Source: Thermoplasmata archaeon (GTDB taxonomy: Archaea; Thermoplasmatota; Thermoplasmata; Halarchaeoplasmatales; Halarchaeoplasmataceae). Taken from it: a DNA stretch of 35,590 bases. The translations under genes and the position numbers were made by a program. The notes below the pieces were generated by a model. It saw nothing but the letters and a program-made list of their open reading frames with translations. It ran no database searches and was not told the DNA's origin. How positions within the stretch are numbered: position 1 is the stretch's first letter; the number at the start of each line of letters is the position of its first letter. The DNA lies in the NCBI GenBank assembly GCA_007129655.1, contig SKVC01000063.1, forward strand, positions 1 through 35,590, given 5' to 3'. This document shows positions 10,438 through 18,682 of the stretch, piece by piece.

Positions 10438-10697
10438 TTGCTCTCATCCTCCAAGAGTAGATATGAGCCCAAAACACCGGTAAAGAATATCATCGCTTCG
10501 ATAACACTGTCGTAGAGTCTCCAATCGGCCAGAACACCCATGACAAGGTTTGATACTCCTACTTCTTCCCAATTTTCTACGTAATGTTCGTAGCTGACCA
10601 TGTCGTCAGAACGAGAATACTCCATGGGAAGTAGTACGTAAGCGAGAGATAGCACTAGTAATAATGCCACCAGCCTTTTCAGATTATCCGCGGTCAT
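10434..10697 (-). CDS. MbhE-like small Mrp subunit (MrpA C-terminal-type segment)
   Basis: NLVMGVLADWRLYDSVIEA matches the N.V..il.D.R..DT..E motif. Confidence 0.8.
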   Translation of the reverse strand: MTADNLKRLVALLLVLSLAYVLLPMEYSRSDDMVSYEHYVENWEEVGVSNLVMGVLADWRLYDSVIEAMIFFTGVLGSYLLLEDESK

Positions 10698-10923
10698 CCC
10701 TCACCTCCTCTATCGTATAAAGGAACAAACCGATGATTATACCACCGACGACAAGGGCAGATAACGCTACATCAGGGGCTTTTAGCATGAAAAGTGCGGT
10801 TCCGAATACCAGTGTCAATAGAGATAGTTCTATCACAGAACCTATCAGGTTCTTTTCTTCCACTGCGATGATGGCTAGGATCACCATCAATATCAGTACT
10901 ATTTCAAAAACCATCTCGTGCAT
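10684..10923 (-). CDS. MbhD-like / DUF4040 small Mrp subunit
   Basis: Three TM helices and the APDVAL motif. Confidence 0.82.
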   Translation of the reverse strand: MHEMVFEIVLILMVILAIIAVEEKNLIGSVIELSLLTLVFGTALFMLKAPDVALSALVVGGIIIGLFLYTIEEVRDDRG

Positions 10924-11218
10924 AGATATCTATTATCCCTTCTGGTTCTACCCCTGATTTGTGTGCACCTCTTGCTATAGCATGGGCTATCATAGGGTTT
11001 ATCATGGCTATCAAAAATGCCAGTATCAAGAATTTGACCTTTATCAACATGGGTGCCTCCGCCACGATAGTTAGAGCTATCAGTATGCTCATGGCACCCC
11101 CGGTATCGCACTTGGTAGATGCATGAAGTCGGGTATAAACATCAGGAAATCGAAGGACTCCTATACTACCTGTGATCATCAGTATCACACCCAGTAATAA
11201 AAACACATATTCTATCAT
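10904..11218 (-). CDS. mnhG: Mrp/Mnh antiporter subunit G
   Basis: GVLRFPDVYTRLHASTK and NPMIAHAIAR. Confidence 0.93.
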   Translation of the reverse strand: MIEYVFLLLGVILMITGSIGVLRFPDVYTRLHASTKCDTGGAMSILIALTIVAEAPMLIKVKFLILAFLIAMINPMIAHAIARGAHKSGVEPEGIIDIYARDGF

Positions 11219-11499
11219 GTAGCTTTTTCACCTCTTTCAAAATGTTTTGCGAGGATCAGTGAGCCAACAGTATTCATCATTAGAAGTACTATGGCTAGGT
11301 CTATCAGCAGGTATTCTCCTTTAAGAAATGCTAGTAATGCAATAACTATGGTGATCTTGGTGCTTATTGTATTAAATCCGACGATCCTATCAGGAGTTGT
11401 GGGACCTACCATCAATCTATAGACCAAAATGATCGATGTAAAAAGCACTACGAACAGCGCAATTGTGAACGGGCTCACCAGAAGATATTCTTTAACCAT
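11215..11499 (-). CDS. mnhF: Mrp/Mnh antiporter subunit F
   Basis: YRLMVGPTTPDRIV and IDLAIV motifs. Confidence 0.9.
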   Translation of the reverse strand: MVKEYLLVSPFTIALFVVLFTSIILVYRLMVGPTTPDRIVGFNTISTKITIVIALLAFLKGEYLLIDLAIVLLMMNTVGSLILAKHFERGEKAT

Positions 11500-12080
11500 T
11501 CTTCTATGTCTCCTTTGATCATCGATCCTGCTTTATCTCTATCCATGGTTTCTACATCTATCCAATGTACGTAAAGCTTTGATTCATCCAGTTTACGAAC
11601 AGTGTCTATGGTCATCGTTCCGGGAGTTAATGTTATCGAGTTGGCCAATATGGTCAGACCGGTTTGAGAGTGAAGGTCCGAATCTATCTTCACTATCCCG
11701 GGATTGATGTCTAAAAATATAGCGTGTTTCATCACTTTGAGATTGCTTTCCAGCAGCCTGAAGGCCATGATGAAGATGTATTGTGGTATGTAAAGTAGAA
11801 GTATCCGTAGTGTTTTGATCACTACATTACCGGAGCTCTGTATATCTCCGGTGAACATATCGTACATCAACAGTGAAACTATGAAAGTAACGATTGAACC
11901 GATCAGGATATTCTGCCAGTGAAAAGAAGCGCTCACTACCATCCAGAAGATCATCAATGCAAACCAGGTGATCGCCGTTTTCTCCCATCTAGGTAATTTT
12001 TGAGATTCAAAACTATCAAGCAGAGCCCTTTTATTGACCTCTTCTATCCTCTCTTTAAGATACAGTGGGATTCTACTCAT
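11475..12080 (-). CDS. mnhE: Mrp/Mnh antiporter subunit E (first gene of operon)
   Basis: INPGIVKI, ILANSITLTPGT and LYVHWID. Confidence 0.93.
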   Translation of the reverse strand: MSRIPLYLKERIEEVNKRALLDSFESQKLPRWEKTAITWFALMIFWMVVSASFHWQNILIGSIVTFIVSLLMYDMFTGDIQSSGNVVIKTLRILLLYIPQYIFIMAFRLLESNLKVMKHAIFLDINPGIVKIDSDLHSQTGLTILANSITLTPGTMTIDTVRKLDESKLYVHWIDVETMDRDKAGSMIKGDIEEWLKNIFW

Positions 12081-12138
12081 ATCAGGTAGTGTATAACTGT
12101 GTAGGTTATATTATTTTTGGAACTCGGTATAGATCGCT

Positions 12139-12306
12139 TCAGTGTTGTTTTGCCCAAGCAAAGCTCTTGAGTCTAGCGGTTTTACCGAAGCCACAAGCAG
12201 CGCAAACCTTCTTCCGGACGTGAAAGGATTTCTTTCCACATCTCCGGCATACGATGTGTGTCTTGCCTTTGGAACGCTTTCCCTTTGATGGTGTACCTTT
12301 ACTCAT
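12139..12306 (-). CDS. rpl37e: 50S ribosomal protein L37e (55 aa, absent from the ORF track)
   Basis: Manual translation [55 protein letters not shown]. Directly follows lsm, the usual archaeal synteny. Confidence 0.97.
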   Translation of the reverse strand: MSKGTPSKGKRSKGKTHIVCRRCGKKSFHVRKKVCAACGFGKTARLKSFAWAKQH

Positions 12307-12318
12307 ATTTCATCGCCT

Positions 12319-12540
12319 CTATGGAGAAACATATACGACGTTATCGCCGCGTACTAGAGCTTTTTTTAGCGTACGAGTTTCTTCTCCGTCTATGAACTCT
12401 TTCACATCCTTCATCACTAGATTTAGATGAGGGTCATAGCCTTCGAGCACACCGCGGTATTCCTTACCATACCGGAGCTCGACTATGATGTGATTGCCTA
12501 TGTTCTTGTTAAGCACGGAGAGTGGTTTGTTATCAGTCAT
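12319..12540 (-). CDS. lsm: Sm-like (LSm) protein
   Basis: Sm1 EYRGVLEGYDPHLNLVM and Sm2 VRGDNVVYVSP. Confidence 0.95.
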   Translation of the reverse strand: MTDNKPLSVLNKNIGNHIIVELRYGKEYRGVLEGYDPHLNLVMKDVKEFIDGEETRTLKKALVRGDNVVYVSP

Positions 12541-12635
12541 GTTGTGCCCATTATATACTACCCCTACTTAAAGCTAATGCTTCCCGATATAAGATATACA
12601 CAAAATATTAAACCGAACTATTCATTGAACACAAC

Positions 12636-13205
12636 ATGTCAAAGTTCGTAGTTTTCGAGGGTATCGACGGCTCGGGTAAATCTACCATAGCCAGGGAACT
12701 GGACATGTCCATCGGACAGCTTTTAATCACCAGCGAGCCGACGGACTCGGATGTGGGGCGGCTGGCCGATAAGGCGGCATACGAAGATACAACCCCGTAC
12801 CTGGAATTGTTTTTGTACCTGGCTGACAGAGCGGGGCATACAGAGTTTATAAAAAAAGAGATGACGAAAGGGTATAATGTACTCTGCGATAGATACTGGG
12901 GCTCCACAGCGGCTTATCAAGCGGCCCATGGGATGATGGAAATGGACTATCTGGTGGAGATACAGATGCCCTTCGTTCTGGAAGCGGATATCACGATCCT
13001 ATTCGACCTACCGGTAGAGGAAGCATTAAAACGGATCTCCGGCAGGGACGATACCAGCAAGTACGAGCGTATGAATTTTCTGGAAAAAGTGAGGGAGAAT
13101 TATCTCAAATTGGCACGGGAGCACGGCTGGGAGATCGTAGATGCCGGCAGAAGGCTGGAAGAAGTGAGAGAAGACGTGCTGGCGTTGGTCGAAAGTATAT
13201 TGTAA
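12636..13205 (+). CDS. tmk: Thymidylate (dTMP) kinase
   Basis: FVVFEGIDGSGKST P-loop, LFLYLADRA.H and LCDRY.GST.AYQ. Confidence 0.94.
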   Translation: MSKFVVFEGIDGSGKSTIARELDMSIGQLLITSEPTDSDVGRLADKAAYEDTTPYLELFLYLADRAGHTEFIKKEMTKGYNVLCDRYWGSTAAYQAAHGMMEMDYLVEIQMPFVLEADITILFDLPVEEALKRISGRDDTSKYERMNFLEKVRENYLKLAREHGWEIVDAGRRLEEVREDVLALVESIL

Positions 13206-13252
13206 AAATAAGAAAAAAAACATCACAAAATCTTCATCGATTTCTTGCGATT

Positions 13253-13286
13253 ATTTGCCCGTAAATTGCCATTAGAATGTCATTCA
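13253..13286 (+). repeat. Left copy of island-flanking direct repeat (core ATTTGCCCGTAAATTG, 13253-13268)
   Basis: 16-bp exact match to 24415-24430; imperfect similarity continues to TCATTCA. Confidence 0.8.
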
Positions 13287-13307
13287 CCGCACCTTAACAA
13301 ACATCCT

Positions 13308-13350
13308 TCAACCCCACTTCCGCCTCCGCACACTCGTCGCCACCGTCACC
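13308..13350 (-). pseudogene. Stranded remnant of a PEF-CTERM protein C-terminus (VTVATSVRRRKWG*)
   Basis: 13333-13350 is identical (18 bp) to 14644-14661. The translation parallels the tail VTVATRVRRKKER* of 14619-15962. Confidence 0.7.
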
Positions 13351-13386
13351 GATAGTGATCCAAAATATCAAGTCTTATCACATTTT

Positions 13387-13722
13387 TCACAGATCATCCA
13401 GCATTTTCTCGAATGCTGATTTCAAAGGCGGGATCTCCTTCGTAACGGTGTTCCAAACCCTTTTGGTGTCCGCTCCGAAATAAGCATGGATCAGTTTGTT
13501 TCTCATCCCTACTATATCCCTCCAGGGGATTTCCGGATATTTCTCTCTTACTTCATCCGGAATATTCCTGACTGCTTCACCAATTATCTCTATCGACCTG
13601 ATCGTGGCATATATGGTTTTATCATCTTTACAAAAAGTGTCATAGTCCATACCCTCAACAAATTTCATACCCTTGTTCGCAGCATCGATCACATCCTGAA
13701 TGTAATCACCGACTTCCCTCAT
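13387..13722 (-). CDS. hepT: HepT-like (DUF86/HEPN) ribonuclease toxin
   Basis: [14 protein letters not shown] and RNKLIHAY (RX4H with adjacent Tyr). Confidence 0.92.
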   Translation of the reverse strand: MREVGDYIQDVIDAANKGMKFVEGMDYDTFCKDDKTIYATIRSIEIIGEAVRNIPDEVREKYPEIPWRDIVGMRNKLIHAYFGADTKRVWNTVTKEIPPLKSAFEKMLDDL

Positions 13723-14042
13723 GCGTAGACGACCTCTTTCATGATCTGTTTCCCTATCCGCGGCTTCAGTGCGGATTCCTCCACAAGGTCAACCTTCACC
13801 CCGAGAAGATCGCTGAGGTGGTTCTCGATCTCCACAAATTTCAACAAACCCAAATCCGCATCCTCTGAAAATTCAACCAGTATATCAAGGTCGCTCCCCT
13901 CACCAGCCTCGCTCCGCACATATGAACCGAAGATTCCGATCTTCTCGATTCCGTATTTTCTCCTCAATTCATTTTCATGTTCCTTGAGGATGTTTGTGAT
14001 TTCCGCGAGCTTATCATTTTTACCTTTCATATAATTTAACAA
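13719..14042 (-). CDS. mntA: MntA-like minimal nucleotidyltransferase antitoxin
   Basis: IGIFGSYVR.....SDLDILVEF and [13 protein letters not shown] overlap with hepT. True start may be MKGK at 14030. Confidence 0.92.
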   Translation of the reverse strand: MLNYMKGKNDKLAEITNILKEHENELRRKYGIEKIGIFGSYVRSEAGEGSDLDILVEFSEDADLGLLKFVEIENHLSDLLGVKVDLVEESALKPRIGKQIMKEVVYA

Positions 14043-14096
14043 CGTTTTCTCCTAATTTTAACTTTCCCATCAAAAACAGGCTTGGAAATAATGCCA

Positions 14097-14602
14097 TACG
14101 CGGTCTATAGAAGAACGAATCGAACGACATCAGCATGAAGATTTCGGATGACCGGGGGATGACTTGGAACGAGCCGATCTCACTTTTGAAGCCGACGGAC
14201 AAGGTGGAACGTATCGAAATCGCCTCCGACGGCGACAAGGTGCTCGTGATGTGGGCGGCGTCAAGTTATTACCAGTTGATATACAGTACGAACGGGGGTG
14301 CGTCGTGGGAAGTGGATGTGAACGAGTACGAGTACACCGGTCGTTCATACCCTGCGGTTGATATCGAAAACGGATATATCTACGTGATCGCGGTGAAGTC
14401 TGCATCGACTACCGAGGAGCAGTCGGTGGGACTGACGGCTGAAGAGCCGCCTCTCGTTGGGACATATACCGAGTTGAAGTGGGGGCCCGAAGGCAGCGAA
14501 GAAGTTAACACGAAAAACCTCGAGATGGCTTATTCCGTCTCCGACATCGAAGTGGTTGGAGAAACGGTATACATCGCCGCTCTTTCTTCAGGGAAAAAAT
14601 GA
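14097..14602 (+). pseudogene. Orphan fragment of a BNR/Asp-box propeller module, homologous to the C-terminus of 16154-18682
   Basis: SDDRGMTW and STNGGASW Asp-boxes, no signal peptide or anchor. Colinear with the gene B C-terminus; 1-nt frameshift at 14109-14110 after YAVY. Confidence 0.75.
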
Positions 14603-14618
14603 GTAAAACCTCGAATAT

Positions 14619-15962
14619 TTATCTTTCTTTTTTACGCCGTACCCTCGTCGCCACCGTCACCATCAACATCGTCGCAACCACCGGAACTACGATGTTACCG
14701 AACTCCGGTATCGGCTCGCCGAAGTCAGGGCTTCGCTTGTAGTATATTTCGGAGTTCCCGTCGCGTAGATCGTGCCATACGACATGCTTCATGTTATTGA
14801 CCAGAGCTATACTGGGTCGCCAGGAGTCGTTTGTAGCGTTAGTAAGCCTCAAATCGTCATTCCAGGAGATTCCACCGTCTAATGACTCTTTGAAATATAT
14901 TTCCGCATTCTCTCCGTCATCTATTCGATCAGCCCAAACTATATTGACTTCGTCACCTTGAACGGAAATATCGGGATTTGAGATGATCGGACTTGGACCG
15001 GAAAGTTGCTGCGCCGGATTCCACGTCACGCCGTTGTCCGTCGAGCGGCGGTAGTAGAGGTAGTAGTCCGGCTCCGACCCTGGCCACACTTGTTCCACCC
15101 AAACAATGTGGATGTTGGAGTTGTAAACAGCCATAGCAGATACCACTGAATCCGATGTAGTTTCGGATATTCTTCTTCCGAAGTCTTCATTTCCTAAACC
15201 GTCTTCCCATGTATATCCGTTGTCTTTTGAGATCATCCAATAAATTTGCCAATTCCCGTGTCTTCTATCACACCACGTAACAGCTATATTGGATTCATGG
15301 CCCGCCATCCTGGTTTGAGTGATCGCCGCCGGTGCATATGTTATTCTTCTATCGCTGTCGTCTCCCTGCCCGTTATCAAAGGTTTCACCACCATTTAAAC
15401 TTCTACGATAATATATCTCCCCGTCATCTCCATCTCTAAGGTCCATCCACGATATATGAACGTTAGAACTGTTCACGAATACTTTCGGCCCTTCGGAGTT
15501 ATGTCCGTCGTCGCTGGAGATCATCTGCTCGGTGAGCCAGGTTACGCCTCCGTCTTCCGAGCGGCGGTAGAAGATCTCCCATGCAGGTGTTTTCCAATCA
15601 CCCCAGACGATAGATACGTTGTTCCCTGCAAGTCCGACATCTGGCCAACTAGCCAAAACCCCACTATCAGAGATTTGAAATGGTGTACTCCATGTATTTC
15701 CTGAGTCTATCGATGACATATGATACACTTCAGTAGTATCATCGCTCCAACCTTCATAAGAGATATGAAGGGAAGAACTGTAAACATCTATATTTGCTTT
15801 ATAACCATGTGTCGGAGGATATGTCAACCTGATGTCCTCGCTCCAATTCTCCAGCGGTCCTTCTGAGACCTCAGGTGTTCCGGCAATCATATTAATAGGA
15901 ACGAAAAGTGATACAACCAGAATAACCGTCAAGGCTACCGTGCAGATTACCTTCGTCCTCAT
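14619..15962 (-). CDS. Gene A: secreted BNR/Asp-box (sialidase-fold) beta-propeller protein with PEF-CTERM anchor
   Basis: Signal peptide, six SxDxGxTW-type boxes, C-terminal IPEF + TM helix + basic tail. Confidence 0.88.
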   Translation of the reverse strand: MRTKVICTVALTVILVVSLFVPINMIAGTPEVSEGPLENWSEDIRLTYPPTHGYKANIDVYSSSLHISYEGWSDDTTEVYHMSSIDSGNTWSTPFQISDSGVLASWPDVGLAGNNVSIVWGDWKTPAWEIFYRRSEDGGVTWLTEQMISSDDGHNSEGPKVFVNSSNVHISWMDLRDGDDGEIYYRRSLNGGETFDNGQGDDSDRRITYAPAAITQTRMAGHESNIAVTWCDRRHGNWQIYWMISKDNGYTWEDGLGNEDFGRRISETTSDSVVSAMAVYNSNIHIVWVEQVWPGSEPDYYLYYRRSTDNGVTWNPAQQLSGPSPIISNPDISVQGDEVNIVWADRIDDGENAEIYFKESLDGGISWNDDLRLTNATNDSWRPSIALVNNMKHVVWHDLRDGNSEIYYKRSPDFGEPIPEFGNIVVPVVATMLMVTVATRVRRKKER

Positions 15963-16085
15963 GGTATTACAATAACATCTGAGGAAGTTAATAACTCTTG
16001 CCGTAGCCTTGATGTTTTACCTATATTTATACCCCCTCGCCCCCCAATATATATAATTATTCGACGTAAGTTATTAATAGAACTA

Positions 16086-16105
16086 TGCTGTTAAGGTTAA
16101 CAGCA
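16086..16105. promoter_or_regulatory. Perfect palindrome TGCTGTTAA-GG-TTAACAGCA, candidate operator
   Basis: 9-bp perfect arms with a 2-bp spacer, downstream of TATATATAA (~16048-16056) in the divergent A/B intergenic region. Confidence 0.5.
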
Positions 16106-16153
16106 ACCTTTACCAAAAGGGGAGAAAACTATGAAGAGAAAGGAGAGAAGAAC

Positions 16154-18682
16154 ATGATGGAAGATAAAAATAGAAGTATGGTGATTGGGCTTTGTTTTAT
16201 GATCGTATCTGCACTGATATTCAGTGCTGCCGCCGTACCGGCGTTTCCGGTTGAGGATGATGAAGTCAACATACCTCAAACAGCCACCATCGGTCCGGAG
16301 CTGGATCTTGAAATGCCACTGACGGAAATGGAAGCCGAGATGAGGGATGAACCATCTCTTCGAGAGTTATACGACCGTCCGATATTCGACAGAGAACCTC
16401 ATAGGAACTTTATGTACGATGATTTTGATATGCTCTTACATCCGCAGGATAGTTTGAACGCCGAGGAGGAAGAAAGCGACGGACCCGAGAGAACTTTTAT
16501 CGGAGTAACATCCATTCGGGCGGATTCACCCGTCATATACCTGAATCAGGATAATATGATATATTTTACTGTAAATAATTTAGGTGGGGATGTAGGTGAC
16601 GCTGCATATACCGAGAACATAACCGCAGCGATTGAAAGCATCGAAGAACTTCGTGATCAGTATAGCGGGCATCCTCGTGTGGGACAGCTCGAAAAGGCAA
16701 TCGAACGTCTTGAGGAAGCTCTGCTACTGGTTTCGGAACATCAGCGTGAAGAATCTATAAAATCCGTAAGGCAGGCCGTAACTCACTTAAACGCCGCTGG
16801 CCAGGGAAGACAGGGGATACTTACTGAACAGATAATAATTGAGCTCGCTGAAATCGTACAGTTTAAAGTGACCACCGTTATTAATGAAGCAACCTCTAAC
16901 TTCGGCTCTGAACATCCTGATGTGCAGGAAGCAGAAGACATCTACGAGGATGCTGTAGATAAGCTCGACAACGGGAAGTACATACCGGCGATGAATCGTT
17001 TCAGGAAAGCCTTTGAGACCGTACTCGGTGCATATATCTGCGATGTAAACCTTGAACTATACTCATGGATGAGAGACGGTTACGAGAGCGAGATAGGGAA
17101 TGGATTTATCGAGTCTTTCGAGGCCGAATCGTATGAAGTTATCACCCTAACATGGAGTCCTACTCGGAGGGGAATACATTACGTCAGAACAAACATAACG
17201 GGTGAATACATGGTCTATAGTTCTGATGGTGAAAAAGTTGAAAGTCCGACTAAACTCTTTAGCACGGGATTTGTGGTTACATCGGAGGATGAGCCTGAAA
17301 AATGGGGTCCAGGTTACAATTACACTAGTGTTATAACCGTTGAAGAGGGTATTAGGTATCGTGATGGTCCTCTTGTTATTGAGGTTTACGATGATCTGGA
17401 GATCCAATCGGGTGCAGCCCTCCAGCTCAACGAGTCGATAACTCTTGTGATGATGAATACAGAGCCCGGGGAGTTTTCGATCCTAATCGAACCCGATGGG
17501 ACTTTCATCATCGAAAGCCCTGTTGAATCCGCAACGATTACTTCATCAGACGAGGGATATAGAAACACTTACCCCTTCATCAACCATGGGAATGTCCACT
17601 TCACCGGTGCTGCGGTTATGGACACACACGGCCCCGACGACCTCTCTCTACCCGCAGGCATACAGAACCTCCCGGGAAGCACGTGCATACTCGACAACAC
17701 CAACATCCTGGAGGCCGACACCCACAGCGTGTACGCATCGGAGGATTCATCCGTGCAGATAATGGGCGCCGATACGGTCATCGGGCGTGACCTGGATGGG
17801 CAGGAAGATAACGATGAGATCGCAAAAGGCCATGGGATCTTCATCGAGGGCGCCGTGCCGAACATACGGGATGTGACGGTAAAGTACAATCGTCAGGACG
17901 GCATACGTGTTGTCGATTCAAAACCCGGGCCCATACAGGCGGCCAGCCTGCACGAGTACGACTCCGGCGACTACGACCGCCAGCTGACTCATGACGACAA
18001 TACGTCCACTTTGCCCGTAATCGTCGCAGGGAACGGAAACCTGTATATGGTTTACCTGGACGAGGATGCACAGCACATCAACTTCATGAGGTCTTCGGAT
18101 CAGGGCAGTACATGGAGTGCTCCAGCGGTAGTTCCCGGGAGTGAGGTGGAGGAAGGATTCATCCGGAACATCGATATCGATGCCGACGGTGACAACCTGG
18201 CGGTTGCATGGGATGTGTGGATACCGTGGGATGGCGTGATACCATATGGGTTGACCGGAGAGGACGAAGGTCAACGTTATATCGTGAAACTTAATGTACA
18301 GCACAGTTCAGACGGAGGAGCGAGTTGGGCGGATGTACCCTATGTAATAGATGATTCGTCCTTCCCATCGGTGGCCGTCGAAGGGGATACCGTGTATGTT
18401 GCATATTATAAGGGACCGTACTATCGGGATCTGTATATGCCGTATCCTGTTACCGTCAGGATACGATGGGCCGCCGATGGCTGGGAGGAAGTCGAAGAAC
18501 ATGTATTCGATATCATGGTGGGCGTCCCAAAGGTGGCTGTAACCGGCGAGACCGTGCACGTGGCTATCGCCGGTTTCGAAGAGATAATATACGTGCGCAG
18601 TGACGATGGTGGCGTAGATAGCTCAGAAATGTTTATCAACGGGCTAAGTTATATGGCTGTCACGAGAGGCAGGACATGGTAA
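16154..18682 (+). CDS. Gene B: large secreted protein (Ig-like region with helical insert, beta-helix, partial BNR propeller), apparently 3'-truncated
   Basis: AGGAGA SD before ATG 16154 (ORF track starts at 16085). Signal peptide; N-terminal ~470 aa paralogous to gene D; ends mid Asp-box (YVRSDDGG). Confidence 0.8.
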   Translation: MMEDKNRSMVIGLCFMIVSALIFSAAAVPAFPVEDDEVNIPQTATIGPELDLEMPLTEMEAEMRDEPSLRELYDRPIFDREPHRNFMYDDFDMLLHPQDSLNAEEEESDGPERTFIGVTSIRADSPVIYLNQDNMIYFTVNNLGGDVGDAAYTENITAAIESIEELRDQYSGHPRVGQLEKAIERLEEALLLVSEHQREESIKSVRQAVTHLNAAGQGRQGILTEQIIIELAEIVQFKVTTVINEATSNFGSEHPDVQEAEDIYEDAVDKLDNGKYIPAMNRFRKAFETVLGAYICDVNLELYSWMRDGYESEIGNGFIESFEAESYEVITLTWSPTRRGIHYVRTNITGEYMVYSSDGEKVESPTKLFSTGFVVTSEDEPEKWGPGYNYTSVITVEEGIRYRDGPLVIEVYDDLEIQSGAALQLNESITLVMMNTEPGEFSILIEPDGTFIIESPVESATITSSDEGYRNTYPFINHGNVHFTGAAVMDTHGPDDLSLPAGIQNLPGSTCILDNTNILEADTHSVYASEDSSVQIMGADTVIGRDLDGQEDNDEIAKGHGIFIEGAVPNIRDVTVKYNRQDGIRVVDSKPGPIQAASLHEYDSGDYDRQLTHDDNTSTLPVIVAGNGNLYMVYLDEDAQHINFMRSSDQGSTWSAPAVVPGSEVEEGFIRNIDIDADGDNLAVAWDVWIPWDGVIPYGLTGEDEGQRYIVKLNVQHSSDGGASWADVPYVIDDSSFPSVAVEGDTVYVAYYKGPYYRDLYMPYPVTVRIRWAADGWEEVEEHVFDIMVGVPKVAVTGETVHVAIAGFEEIIYVRSDDGGVDSSEMFINGLSYMAVTRGRTW

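Noticed and set aside
13206-13386. Integron attC site downstream of the TA pair
   Set aside because: No convincing RYYYAAC...GTTRRRY pair with complementary arms was found, and there is no integrase in the window.
18010-18020. TTTGCCCGTAA, a partial third copy of the flanking repeat
   Set aside because: Only 11 bp, lies within coding sequence (TLPVI) and lacks the dyad arm; plausibly chance.
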